Origin: an uncultured bacterium
GTDB taxonomy: Bacteria > Actinomycetota > Acidimicrobiia > Spongiisociales > ZC4RG35
Assembly (NCBI GenBank): GCA_963792365.1
Contig: CAWBVW010000006.1
Coordinates: 254,908-318,907 of the forward strand
Reading direction: 5' to 3'
Length of the DNA: 64,000 bases
Part shown: one piece after another, positions 27,301-36,787 of the stretch
How the letters are laid out: each line of letters begins with the position of its first letter
Position numbering within the stretch: position 1 is the stretch's first letter
Notes under the pieces: model-generated
The model's input: the letters and a program-made list of their open reading frames with translations, nothing else
Told to the model about the DNA's origin: nothing
Database searches by the model: none
Made by a program: the position numbers and the translations under genes

Positions 27301-27672
27301 GGGAGAGGCTTCCTCGAGGTCACCATCGGGCCGCTTGGAACATCATCGGACGAGCGCCGTTCGAAGGCGATGCAGTTGCTGTGGGGTTTGGTGTCGCTCT
27401 ACGACGACGGTCACAGAGCGCCAATGCCGTTGCCGTGCGAGACCGGACTCGCATGGCAACGCAAGGCGGTCGCCAACCGCACCGGTGCCACGTGGGACGC
27501 ACGCGACAAGTTCGAGCGTGACCGTTTCTCCGCCGAGCGTCGAGACTCCGCCCACGAACTGGTGTACGGCAAGGACGACACGCTGGAGCGCCTGCTGTCT
27601 TCGGGTTTCGAGGAGCACTGCCGACGGCTGTGGGAACCGATCATCCCGCTCATGAAAGACGTGGGCCTGTGA
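24388..27672 (+). CDS. recC: Exodeoxyribonuclease V gamma subunit
   Basis: PFTSEIIAVPTRGIERWLTQRIA, HGARRQVEVLRDAILH, LVPMRSVPYRVVCLLGMDD, EDRQLLLDAV, HPLQSF. Confidence 0.95.
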   Translation: MGVAVHVGSHPDALVATLAERLRADPLDPFTSEIIAVPTRGIERWLTQRIALELADVAGGIAANIEFPSPQEFIRHMIGQLPELSASFETWEGPAFRAAVMAVIDDELHQPWMVVLRRHLAATTSSRMAAAAKISRLFVSYARRRPTMISSWAAGGEVGPSGEALDDHQLWQPRLWRALRERIGLPSVPELGLAALGPLWDGGADLPKRLSVYGLTATDPFDLAVFEAVGRTTDVHLHVLHPSPALWEAVAGHGAVDLERGADTSVREAAHPLLRSWGRDSRELQLVLSEAGLTGAGEHVHLQATPAPVPVSLLGRLQADIRDNQPASHAPLDPMDRSVQIHVCHGARRQVEVLRDAILHILADDPTIEPRDVVIMTPDLAGFAPLLEAGFPQAGSDVLPDLRVRIADRSPSATNPLVRFGAGILDLADSRLEAAAVRELVTRPIVQNRFGFDADTAGSIVRIIDDATIAWGLDADHRRKWGIEDIAERTWRRGLDRALAGVFYTDSPVRVVGDVAPLDGVEGQDARPVGILAAIIDRVTAISARLSETMPLSEWAAAIAASTRMLADPGWDDEWQWNQLERLLTETFPRTDAADPPVTLAEARQAMKSWTDDRPSPLMFRTGDVTVCTLVPMRSVPYRVVCLLGMDDDRFPRRGRSDGDDLLVGHERVGDHARPSEDRQLLLDAVMAAGDHLVVTYSGRDEITNAEYPPAVPISELGDVLSAMTGRPIAELETRHPLQSFSEAVFTPEALGVTGPWGFDPIQLAGAHAVQRRMQPSLDMEVPWPPRDPPDVVRLSDLHRFLTNPVRGFVRASLGFGIPDVAELADDAVPVELGGLQSWALKDRLIEGLARGHDLESLLARERGADALPPARLAEREIDKARTDVEALWTAAVGRGYHRAHHRRYTGSLNVNGRLVEGSVIADPRESHLPLITPSRIKASHRLRSFVELCFLTALEPEHPWHALMLTRQARGRGFLEVTIGPLGTSSDERRSKAMQLLWGLVSLYDDGHRAPMPLPCETGLAWQRKAVANRTGATWDARDKFERDRFSAERRDSAHELVYGKDDTLERLLSSGFEEHCRRLWEPIIPLMKDVGL

Positions 27673-30600
27673 GCACACGCTTCGACCCCGCCGCCCCCAT
27701 CGATCAGGGCCGTACCGTCATCGAGGCGAGCGCCGGCACCGGAAAGACCTTCACGATCGCGGCGATGGTCGCTCGGCTGGTGGCGGCAGAAGGCTTGCCG
27801 ATCGACCAGATCCTCGTGATCACCTTCACTCGCGCGGCCACTGCAGAATTGCGGGCTCGCGTGCGTCGGCGGTTGGTGCAGGTGTTGGATGCCGCAGAGT
27901 CGGGCATCGTCGATGCAGACGACCTACACATGGTGGCGCTGCTCGAGGCTGCCGACCGCGCCGAGATCGCAGAGCGAGTGTTCGATGCCTTGACGAACTT
28001 CGATCGTGCACAGATATTCACGATCCACGGGTTTGCTCATCGGCTGCTGGGCGAGCTCGGATTCGGGTCTCGATTCGCCGCCGAGCTCGAACCGGCCGCT
28101 GTCGACCGCAAGCTGGTGGGTGAGGCCGCCGGCGATCTTGTCATCAGCCGATACGCCCATGAGGCCGATGACGGTGATCGGGTCTGGCCCGGGCAGGTCG
28201 GGTCGATCGGGGCGGCGGTGACCGGCGTGCCCGACGCCCGAATCGTGCCCTCACCCGGTCAGGTCTCCGGTGTGGCACGGACGAGAGCCGAGATGGCATT
28301 GGCCATGCGTCAGGAGCTCCAGCGGCGCCTGCGGTGGGCAAACCAGGTGACGTTCGACGACGGTCTGGCCGAGGTGAGAGACACGCTCGATGACCCGGAG
28401 GTCGGCACCGCCGCACGGGCATTGCTCGCCCAGCGATATGCAATCGGGCTCGTTGACGAGGCGCAAGACACGGACCCGGTGCAATGGCAGGTCATCAACG
28501 CTGTCTTCGGCGACGCGAGGCTGGTCGTGATCGGCGACCCGAAGCAGTCGATCTACCGGTTCCGGGGCGCCGACATCAACGCCTACTTGGCGGCGGCCGA
28601 GGATGCACAGCGCCGAACACTCGGGATCAACTGGCGAAGCGACCGTGCGCTGCTGCAGGCTTTCGACGTCCTGTTTCGCGACGCCACGTTCGGCGACGAG
28701 GACATCGGGTACATACCGGTCGAGGCCCCTCCTGAGCACCATGTGTCCCGCATTGCAGGCGTTTCGGCAGCCATGTCGATCCGGTGGTTCGGTGGCGACA
28801 TCCCGATCGACCGCAAGCGGAACGGCGACTTCTATGTCAATGAGGCCCGCCGCGTGGCCGCTGCCGACGCCGCGGCCGAGGTGGTGAGGTTGCTGACGGC
28901 GGGGGTCACCATCACCGACGACGCCGGTCGTACCGCTCCGATCGCCTCCTCCGACATCGCGGTGCTGTGTCGAACCATGGACCAGGTGGAATTGGTTCGG
29001 CGAGGGCTGGGGGCGCGTGACGTGCCATCGGTGGCCGGTCGGAGTGGGGCGGTGTTCCTTTCGGATGCGGCCGAACAGTGGCGGCGATTCCTGTTCGCAG
29101 TCGAGCATCCGGAGCGGATGGACCTGGTCCGCCTCGGAGCGACCTCGGACATCGTCGGGATGACCCTTCATCAGGTGGCGCAACTCGATGACGAAGCGGA
29201 GCTCGACCTTCAGGCAGAGATGCGCAGTTATCAGATGCGGCTGCGCACCGCAGGCGTCCCTGCGCTGATGGCCGATGTCGACCGCACGCACGGACTCACT
29301 GCCCGCACCCTCTCTCAGCCCGACGGCGAGCGGATGATGACCGACCTCACCCACGTGGCCGAAGAACTGCACGCCGCCTGGCGTCCGGGCCGGATCGGAT
29401 CTCTGGTGGCGTGGCTGGAGGATGCCCAACGCGAGGCGAGGCAGCGGGCAGAAGCGAGGGAGGACGAACCGGAGTCACGCCAGCGTCGCCTGGAGACCGA
29501 TGCCGAAGCGGTGCAGGTTCTGACCATCCACGCTGCCAAGGGCCTCGAGTTCCCGGTTGTGTTGGTGCCGTTCGCCTGGGACGCCCCTGTGTGGCCGCCG
29601 GACATCCCCGTGTTCCACGACCCGGTGAGTGGGGGCCGGATGATCGATGTCGGCGGCGAGGGCAACTGGCCGGAGTTCGACGCGCACCGACAGCAGCATC
29701 TGGCGGAGGAGGCTGCCGAGGAGAGCCGCAGGCTGTACGTGGCGCTGACCCGAGCGAAACATCACGTCATCGTGTGGTGGGTGAAGGACGCGCCGGGAGC
29801 GGACGCCAGCACCTTGGGGCGGCTCATGTCGCGAGCCGGATGGCGGGAAGACGCCCAGAGCGCAGAGTCGGCCGGTCTGATCGACAAACCCGGCCGCACC
29901 GACCTGCCGGCCGTCGAGCAGTACCAGGCAACCGGCCGGGATCCTGCCGGCCTCTCGATCGCAGTCTTCGATCGGTCGCTCGATCACGTCTGGACCCGGG
30001 CATCGTTCTCGCGGCTGTCGCCGGAGCACCCGCTGGCCGACCAGCCCGGTGAGGCCGAGGAGGTCCGCGCCGACGAGCAGCTCCCCGACGAGGACGTCGA
30101 CGTCGCGGAGGGACCGGAGCTCCCGATGGCGGACCTTCCGAGAGGAGCCCGGTTCGGGACACTCGTCCACGAGATCCTCGAACACATCGACTTCGATGAC
30201 ACCGACCCGGAGGCGACCCTTCGGGTGCGACTTGGCGATGCGATGGCCGGAGGAGGGTGGGACTTCGACACCGAGGCGTTCGCGGCCGGGATGATGGCCA
30301 TGCTCACCACACCGCTCGGCCCGGCCGACGGCGCTCCGACGCTCGCAGGGATCGGCAAGGTGCTGAAGGAGCTTGTGTTCGAACTCCCGGTTCGTACCGA
30401 CACCGGGCCGGTGTCGCTGGCCGACATCGGCTCCGTCATGGCAGAGCACCTCGCCGTCGATGATCCGATCCGGGGCTACGCCCGGCACCTCGACACGCTG
30501 GGAGCACAGCGGTTCCGTGGCTTCCTGACGGGCGCCATCGATCTCACCGTCGAGATGCCGAACGGCCGTTTCGTGGTGATGGACTACAAGTCGAACGCGC

Positions 30601-30884
30601 TTTCGGACTACGGCGCGGCAGGCCTCAACACCGCCATGATCGAGGGCAACTATGTTCTCCAATCGACGCTGTACCAGGTGGCACTCCACCGATATCTGAG
30701 CTGGCGCCTGCCCGGTTACGACCCCGAGTCGAGGCTCGGTGGGTCCGTCTACATCTTCCTTCGGGGCACGAGCGGCCCCGGCACGCCGGTCGCCGACGGC
30801 GTTCGGCAAGGCATCCATGTCTGGACCCCGCCGCCGGCGATGATCGTGTCTCTGAGCCGGCTGTTCGAACGGGACGACAGATGA
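27669..30884 (+). CDS. recB: Exodeoxyribonuclease V beta subunit (helicase-nuclease)
   Basis: EASAGTGKT, LVDEAQDTD, IGDPKQSIYRFRGAD, TIHAAKGLEFP, RRLYVALTRAK; nuclease GAIDL...MDYKSN. Confidence 0.96.
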   Translation: MSTRFDPAAPIDQGRTVIEASAGTGKTFTIAAMVARLVAAEGLPIDQILVITFTRAATAELRARVRRRLVQVLDAAESGIVDADDLHMVALLEAADRAEIAERVFDALTNFDRAQIFTIHGFAHRLLGELGFGSRFAAELEPAAVDRKLVGEAAGDLVISRYAHEADDGDRVWPGQVGSIGAAVTGVPDARIVPSPGQVSGVARTRAEMALAMRQELQRRLRWANQVTFDDGLAEVRDTLDDPEVGTAARALLAQRYAIGLVDEAQDTDPVQWQVINAVFGDARLVVIGDPKQSIYRFRGADINAYLAAAEDAQRRTLGINWRSDRALLQAFDVLFRDATFGDEDIGYIPVEAPPEHHVSRIAGVSAAMSIRWFGGDIPIDRKRNGDFYVNEARRVAAADAAAEVVRLLTAGVTITDDAGRTAPIASSDIAVLCRTMDQVELVRRGLGARDVPSVAGRSGAVFLSDAAEQWRRFLFAVEHPERMDLVRLGATSDIVGMTLHQVAQLDDEAELDLQAEMRSYQMRLRTAGVPALMADVDRTHGLTARTLSQPDGERMMTDLTHVAEELHAAWRPGRIGSLVAWLEDAQREARQRAEAREDEPESRQRRLETDAEAVQVLTIHAAKGLEFPVVLVPFAWDAPVWPPDIPVFHDPVSGGRMIDVGGEGNWPEFDAHRQQHLAEEAAEESRRLYVALTRAKHHVIVWWVKDAPGADASTLGRLMSRAGWREDAQSAESAGLIDKPGRTDLPAVEQYQATGRDPAGLSIAVFDRSLDHVWTRASFSRLSPEHPLADQPGEAEEVRADEQLPDEDVDVAEGPELPMADLPRGARFGTLVHEILEHIDFDDTDPEATLRVRLGDAMAGGGWDFDTEAFAAGMMAMLTTPLGPADGAPTLAGIGKVLKELVFELPVRTDTGPVSLADIGSVMAEHLAVDDPIRGYARHLDTLGAQRFRGFLTGAIDLTVEMPNGRFVVMDYKSNALSDYGAAGLNTAMIEGNYVLQSTLYQVALHRYLSWRLPGYDPESRLGGSVYIFLRGTSGPGTPVADGVRQGIHVWTPPPAMIVSLSRLFERDDR

Positions 30885-32698
30885 CCACGACAGACCGCTT
30901 CCACCTCGCTGCCTCCGACCGTCACATCGTCGTCGACGCCGGCGGCATCCTCGCCCAGTTCAACGATGCCGGCGTGCTGGACGCACTCGATGTGTTGGCG
31001 TCGATGACGCTGTGCCGGCTGCTCGACGAACCCGATGAGCTGGTGGCATTGGCTGCCGCGCTCGCCGTGCGTGGTACGAGATTCGGACATGTGTGTGTCC
31101 GTCTCGAAACCGTTCGCGACGCGGTCGTGGTCGACGGAGTCGAGCCGGAAGTCATCGAGTCACTGCCATGGCCTCCTCCCGGCGAGTGGCTGCGGACCGT
31201 GATTGCGTCCCGGATCGTGGGTGACGGTGCAGGTGATGAGCCGTTGGTGGTTGTCGACGACCGCCTCTACCTCGAGCGCTACTTTCGGTATGAGGAGCAG
31301 GTCGCCCATCTCATCTCGGGTCGGTGCGAACAACCGCAGAAGGCGCTTTCCGCCCCGATTGAGCGAATGCTCACCACACTGTTGGGGGCAGGTCCGAATC
31401 GTCAGTTCGATGCCGCCGAAGCGGCGCTGACCCGACGGTTCGCCGTGATCGCCGGCGGACCGGGCACCGGCAAGACACACACGGTGGGTGCCCTTCTTGC
31501 CGCGCTCGCCGCCGAGGGTCGCGAGGAGTTCCCGTCGGTGGCGCTGTGTGCGCCCACCGGCAAGGCTGCAGCGCGACTGGGAGAGGCCATCTCCAACGTG
31601 ACACAGCGAATCCAGGGCGGGGCGATACAGGAGACTGTCGGCCAGGTGGTGCCCTCGACGATTCATCGACTCCTCGGATGGCGTCCGGGTCGCGGGGTGT
31701 TTGTGCATGACGAGAGCTACCGGCTGCCCCACGACATGGTGATCGTCGACGAGATGTCGATGGTCTCGCTTCCGTTGGCGGGCAAGCTCCTGTCGGCGGT
31801 CCGGGACGACGCAACCGTCGTGTTGGTGGGCGACCCGTTCCAACTGGAGTCGATCGAGGCCGGCACGGTGCTGTCCGACATCGCCGAAACCGAGGCCGAG
31901 CGCGTCGACGCCCCCATCGCCGACCACATCGTGGTGCTCGAGCGAGTCCATCGATATGACGCCGACAGCGCGATGGCCGACTTCGCAGAGGCGGTGCGGC
32001 AAGGGGATGCCGACCAGGCAGTGGCGCTGCTGGGTGAAGGACACGATGCTCTGCGCTGGGTCATGGATCGCGACGAGCCCGAGTTCGAAGACCTCTGGGA
32101 GCGGGTGATGATCACGCGCTCCGAAGTCATCGACCTCGCCCGCAGCCCAGCGAATGCCCGATCCGCTCTCGACGCTCTCACGAGGGTCGCCGTCCTGTGC
32201 GCCCGTCGGCGGGGGCAAGGGAGTGTGGCGCAATGGGGCCGGGACATCGAGTCCGGTCTCGACCAGCGCTTCACCGGGCTTCGCTACGGCGGCGAATGGT
32301 ATGCCGGCCGGCCGATAATGATCACGTCGAACGACTACCGGCTCGAGTTGTTCAACGGTGACATCGGGGTCGCGGTCGAATCCGACGACGGTCTGCGAGT
32401 TGTGTTCGATCGTGGTGGCCTCCGCGACTATCAGCCGTCTCGGCTGGGCGAGCACGCGACGGTTCACGCCATGACCATCCACAAGTCCCAAGGCTCACAA
32501 TTCGAAGAGGTGGTCGTGATTCTCCCCGACGAGGCGTCGCGGCTGCTGACCCGAGAACTGCTCTACACCGCGGTCACCAGAGCGAGCACTCGCGTCTGGC
32601 TCCTGGCCGAGGAATCCGTCGTCCGACAAGCAGTCGAGCGGTCCGTCGAACGTGCATCAGGGCTGGCCGAACGCTTGTGGACCGGGACGCCGGCGTAG
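30881..32698 (+). CDS. recD: Exodeoxyribonuclease V alpha subunit
   Basis: GGPGTGKT, APTGKAAARL, STIHRLLG, VDEMSMV, AMTIHKSQGSQF, RELLYTAVTRA. Confidence 0.96.
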   Translation: MTTTDRFHLAASDRHIVVDAGGILAQFNDAGVLDALDVLASMTLCRLLDEPDELVALAAALAVRGTRFGHVCVRLETVRDAVVVDGVEPEVIESLPWPPPGEWLRTVIASRIVGDGAGDEPLVVVDDRLYLERYFRYEEQVAHLISGRCEQPQKALSAPIERMLTTLLGAGPNRQFDAAEAALTRRFAVIAGGPGTGKTHTVGALLAALAAEGREEFPSVALCAPTGKAAARLGEAISNVTQRIQGGAIQETVGQVVPSTIHRLLGWRPGRGVFVHDESYRLPHDMVIVDEMSMVSLPLAGKLLSAVRDDATVVLVGDPFQLESIEAGTVLSDIAETEAERVDAPIADHIVVLERVHRYDADSAMADFAEAVRQGDADQAVALLGEGHDALRWVMDRDEPEFEDLWERVMITRSEVIDLARSPANARSALDALTRVAVLCARRRGQGSVAQWGRDIESGLDQRFTGLRYGGEWYAGRPIMITSNDYRLELFNGDIGVAVESDDGLRVVFDRGGLRDYQPSRLGEHATVHAMTIHKSQGSQFEEVVVILPDEASRLLTRELLYTAVTRASTRVWLLAEESVVRQAVERSVERASGLAERLWTGTPA

Positions 32699-32769
32699 AC
32701 ACAGCCTCGGCGATCCGCTGGCCCGACCCCCATACACTCAGCCGAGAATTCCCATTCGAAGGAGCAGCC

Positions 32770-33243
32770 ATGCCGCAGGTAGCGACCAACCGCCACGTGG
32801 AGCGTGATGAGCTCGAAGACTTCGTCCGTACCCGTCATCAGGGGATACTTCTGACGAGGAGGCGCGACGGCTGGCCGCAGTCGTCTCTGGTGACGATGGG
32901 ACTCGACGTCGACGGGCGGATCGTGGTGTCGTCCTACCCGGAACGGGCGAAGGTCCACAACCTGAGGCGTGACCCGGCGGCGTCCATGGTCGTGCTGTCC
33001 GACGACTTCGGTGGGGAATGGGTGCAGGTCGACGGTCACGCCGAGGTCCTGGATCTCCCTCATGCACTCGAGCCACTGGTCGAGTACTTCCAGGTGATCG
33101 CAGGCGAACATGACGATTGGGACGAGTACCGCCAGGCCATGACACGCCAGGGCAAGTGCTTGATACGTCTCACCATCGACCGTTGGAGTCCGATCGCCAA
33201 GGGCGGGTTCCCCGCGCGTCTGGTGGAGGGCGCCTCCGACTGA
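32770..33243 (+). CDS. PPOX-class F420-dependent oxidoreductase
   Basis: RHQGILLTRRRDGWPQSSLV, RAKVHNLRRDP, WVQVDG, HDDWDEYRQAM. Confidence 0.9.
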   Translation: MPQVATNRHVERDELEDFVRTRHQGILLTRRRDGWPQSSLVTMGLDVDGRIVVSSYPERAKVHNLRRDPAASMVVLSDDFGGEWVQVDGHAEVLDLPHALEPLVEYFQVIAGEHDDWDEYRQAMTRQGKCLIRLTIDRWSPIAKGGFPARLVEGASD

Positions 33244-33296
33244 GGATCGAACCAAGCCGCTCCGGTGCGATCTCGGATAACCTTCAGGCCACGTCC

Positions 33297-34431
33297 ATGA
33301 GCGTCAACCGGCGTCGGCTCTTCGGAGCAGGTGATGGCGGCGCAGCCGAGCGGCGCCGGTGGACTACTTCGCCTCCGATGACTGCGCGCGTTGGGGTGCT
33401 CGTGGCTTGGTGCTGACGAGCTGTACATCACAGTCGGTCACCACCACCGCCCCCTATCTGGATCCTCCCGTGATTCCCGATCCGGTGGATGGACTGGAGG
33501 CGATCCTCGATCAGGTCATCGTTCGAGACGGCGCCGGTGTGGTGATGATCGCCTTGATCGACCCCACCGGTGCGACCTTCGTCGAGAGGGGGGCCGATCC
33601 GACGGGTAGGCACCTCGCGCCTGACACACCGATGTGGATAGCCGGGGTCGGCGCGATGTTCGCAGAGCTGACCACTCTCGTGCTGGCCGACGAAGGAGAG
33701 ATCGATCTCGACGTCGGGGTGAATCGCTATCTCGACGCCAGCGGGTGCCCGATGCGGTCACGGTCGCCGATCTGGTCGAGCACACGAGTGGCATCCCCGA
33801 CCATGCGATGAGTATCGAGACCACGGAGCGGCTGCTCGACATGGCGAGCGTGATGTGGACACCGGCGAATGCCATCCACGCCATCGCAGGCCGCACCGCC
33901 AGATATCGGCACGAGGTCCGAACCGAGTTTCCGGCGGCCGACAGCCAACTCCTCTCCAGACTGATCGAGCATGCGACCGGTACGTCGATGGCCGAGGCCA
34001 TGCGGCAGCACCTCCTGTCAGGCCTGCATCTGCAGTCGAGCCATCTGGAGGGCTCCGAGGACGGGCCGGCACCGATCGGCGGGTACAGCTCGATGGGCGC
34101 CGACTTCGACTCCGTGGTGGCTACCGACTATCGCCGCATCAGGTGGACTCGCGACACGTGGACGGCGGGGGGAATGATCAGTAGCGCCAGGGACCTCCAC
34201 ACCGCCTTCCAAGCTGTCTCCGCGGGCGTGCTCGGCGATCGCTCCTCGGCGCTCTGGCAGGGGAGTCCCGGCCGCAGCGCCGGTGTGGTCGGATATGCCG
34301 ACTCGGTGCCGGGTGCCACCACTGTCGTCGTTCATTCGCAGCGCACGACGAAGACCGCGGTGTTGATGATCACCTCCGACGAGGCCGCCTACGAGACGAT
34401 GATTCCGTTGCTCATCGAGCTCGTAAGTTGA
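33297..34431 (+). CDS. Beta-lactamase/serine-hydrolase fold protein, frameshifted as given and lacking canonical catalytic motifs
   Basis: LADEGEIDLD, VTVADLVEHTSGIPD, AGGMISSARDL; SxxK position reads GVGA; frame change near 33745; start uncertain. Confidence 0.6.
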
Positions 34432-34434
34432 CGG

Positions 34435-36189
34435 TCATCCGTCGAGCGCTCGACGGAGGAACGCCGCCATCTGAGCCCGCGTCACGAGATCATCAGGGCA
34501 GTACCGGTTGTTGAGGGGTGGGTTGCAGCCTCGGGTCACGCCCGCGGTCCCGAGCTTGTCGATGTCGGTCTCGAACACGGAGTCGTCGTCATCGACGAAG
34601 AGGTCACCGCCTCCATCGTTGGTGTAGCCGATGGCACGAACCAGGAACCCGGCCATTTGGCCACGGGTGACCGCATCGTTCGGGCAGTACCGGTCGTTGA
34701 GGGGTGGGTTGCAGCCTCGGGTCACGTGAGCGGTTCCGAGCTTGTCGATGTCGGTTTCGAACACGGAGTCGTCGTCGTCGACGAAGAGGTCGCCGCCTCC
34801 ATCCTCGGTGTAGCCCATTGCTCCTACCAGCAACGCAGCCATCTGCCCTCGCGTCAGGTGATCGTCCGGGCAGAACATGGTGTTGGCGGGCGGGTTGCAG
34901 CCCAGTGAAATGCCTTCCGTCGCCAGCCACTCGACGTCGTCGACGAACTCGTTTCCGGCGAGGACATCGATGAAGCGCTCCGCTCCGGGCGGCCATCCGA
35001 TCCAACGCACGTCGATCGCCACTTCGGCGGGATAGTCCCACGCACTCCCGAGAACGACCCAATGATTCCCGGCCTTGTAGACGGTCTCTGCCGACAAGGC
35101 ACCCTGGGTGAGCGATCCCCGGAGGTAGCTCGGTATGACCTGGCCCCACGTCTCGCCGTCGTCGGATGCCCAGATGGAGGCCCCTCGCCCGTCTCCATCT
35201 TCGTAGTCGCCCACGGCGATCAACGTGCTCCCGTCGGTCGCCACATCGAGGATGTGTCCCCAGCCGGCACCGCCCTCATGCGGGAGGGCCACGGCCGGGT
35301 TCCACGCCTTGCCGTCGGCTGAGGTCCACGCACGCGGGCCTTCGAACAAGGTGCCGAGGAGCACGTAGTGGTCGTCATGCCATACAACCCGGGCCCCGAG
35401 CGGACCCTCGCCAAGCACGTCGAACTGGGCGTCGGGCGGTGCTTCGGTCCATGTCTCTCCGTCCGTCGACCACCAGGTCCGGAGCGGGCCCGGGGCGTCG
35501 GCATCCGTCGCCGCGTGGCCGATTGCGACGAGATCACCTTGGCCGAAGGAGATCGCCCGGAGGTCGACGGCGTCGCTGCCGAACGGTGTACCCGAAACTG
35601 CGGTCCAGGTGTTGCCGTCGGTCGACATCCAGACGGCCCCGGCTCCGGCTGATTGTCCGATTGCCACGAAACCGGTTGCGGTCGCGGCCACATCGATCAT
35701 CCAGGAGCCTGTATATGCGGGACCGTCGGCGGTGGTAGGGGCGAGAACGGTTGCCACCGTCCAGGTCCGGCCGTCGGTTGACGTCCACACCGTCGGTGAG
35801 GTCTGCAACCCACCGAGATCGCGGCGCCCGACGGCAACGTACAGGTCGTGGGCGTAGACCACAGAAGTCAGCCCGATGCCGCTGATCATGTCGACCTCGA
35901 TCCAAACGAATCCGTCGGACGAGAACCAGATCGTGGTGGTCATGTCGATGCCCTCGCCCAGCGGCGTGGTCTCCACCGCTACGTGGCCGCGGGAACTCGA
36001 CGCCACTGTCTTGACCGCTCGAAAGGTGTCAGGGGCGTCGACGAGGGCCTCGGGCCGTGACCATTCGACCTCACTCGCCTCGACGGCAGATGCCGACGGC
36101 GACACCCCGACGACGAGCAACAGCAACGCCGGTACAACGATCATCAGCTTCGCCACTCGGCACCAGTGATCTGGACGGGAGCAGAACAT
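34435..36189 (-). CDS. Secreted Asp-box/BNR beta-propeller protein with C-terminal SLH-like domains
   Basis: Repeated W.S.DG motifs (WFSSDG, WTSTDG, WMSTDG, WWSTDG, WTSADG, WASDDG); three GCNPP.N..CP....TR.QMA units. Confidence 0.85.
   Translation of the reverse strand: MFCSRPDHWCRVAKLMIVVPALLLLVVGVSPSASAVEASEVEWSRPEALVDAPDTFRAVKTVASSSRGHVAVETTPLGEGIDMTTTIWFSSDGFVWIEVDMISGIGLTSVVYAHDLYVAVGRRDLGGLQTSPTVWTSTDGRTWTVATVLAPTTADGPAYTGSWMIDVAATATGFVAIGQSAGAGAVWMSTDGNTWTAVSGTPFGSDAVDLRAISFGQGDLVAIGHAATDADAPGPLRTWWSTDGETWTEAPPDAQFDVLGEGPLGARVVWHDDHYVLLGTLFEGPRAWTSADGKAWNPAVALPHEGGAGWGHILDVATDGSTLIAVGDYEDGDGRGASIWASDDGETWGQVIPSYLRGSLTQGALSAETVYKAGNHWVVLGSAWDYPAEVAIDVRWIGWPPGAERFIDVLAGNEFVDDVEWLATEGISLGCNPPANTMFCPDDHLTRGQMAALLVGAMGYTEDGGGDLFVDDDDSVFETDIDKLGTAHVTRGCNPPLNDRYCPNDAVTRGQMAGFLVRAIGYTNDGGGDLFVDDDDSVFETDIDKLGTAGVTRGCNPPLNNRYCPDDLVTRAQMAAFLRRALDG
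34496..34816. repeat. Intragenic tandem duplication, 186-bp period (SLH-like unit)
   Basis: GGGCAGTACCGG at 34496 and 34682 with near-identical sequence following. Confidence 0.85.
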
Positions 36190-36326
36190 GCCAGCCTCCT
36201 GCGCTTCGGCACCAGGGACCTGCAGCTCTCGACTGCCGGCCGCCGTCTCTGCACTCCACGGTACGGACGGAAGGAGCTCGGCGGAAGTGCCGAAGGGCCG
36301 GCGGCCGCTCGCCAGTCCTCAGACGG

Positions 36327-36716
36327 TCAGTGTCCGATGGTGCGGTTCGCTGGTGGGGCATCGACGTTCACCGTCGGGATCCCCCCACCGGAACGGGCAA
36401 TGACGGCGACCGACACCTCGGAGCTCGGGTTGCTCTCCCGATGGACGGTGAAGGCCGGCACGTGGATGAAGTCGCCCGGTTCGGCATCGATGTGCCCATC
36501 GAGTCCTTCGAACTCCATCCGCAATACTCCCGAAACGACGTAGAGAGCGGTCTCGTTGATATCGTGGTGATGCCAACCCGACACCGCTCCGGGCGCGGTC
36601 TCCACCTGACCTGCCCACAGGGTCGGCAGCTCGAACGCAAGCTTGCGGAGCATGCCCGTCGTGGGGTCTGCCGCCTCCAACTCGCCCGCCTTGATCACAC
36701 GCACTGGTGTCGGCAT
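36327..36716 (-). CDS. Cupin domain protein
   Basis: SGWHHHDINETALYVVSG...GDFIHVPAFTVHRESN. Confidence 0.88.
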   Translation of the reverse strand: MPTPVRVIKAGELEAADPTTGMLRKLAFELPTLWAGQVETAPGAVSGWHHHDINETALYVVSGVLRMEFEGLDGHIDAEPGDFIHVPAFTVHRESNPSSEVSVAVIARSGGGIPTVNVDAPPANRTIGH

Positions 36717-36787
36717 CGAGGGTCAGTGTGGCATGTGGGCGATCGCCCATCTCGTCGAGAGGTGCTGCCTGCCGCGGATTCCGGTGG

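Noticed and set aside
25591-32491. Long minus-strand ORFs within recCBD (451, 392, 447 and 443 aa)
   Set aside because: Antisense shadows of strongly supported genes.
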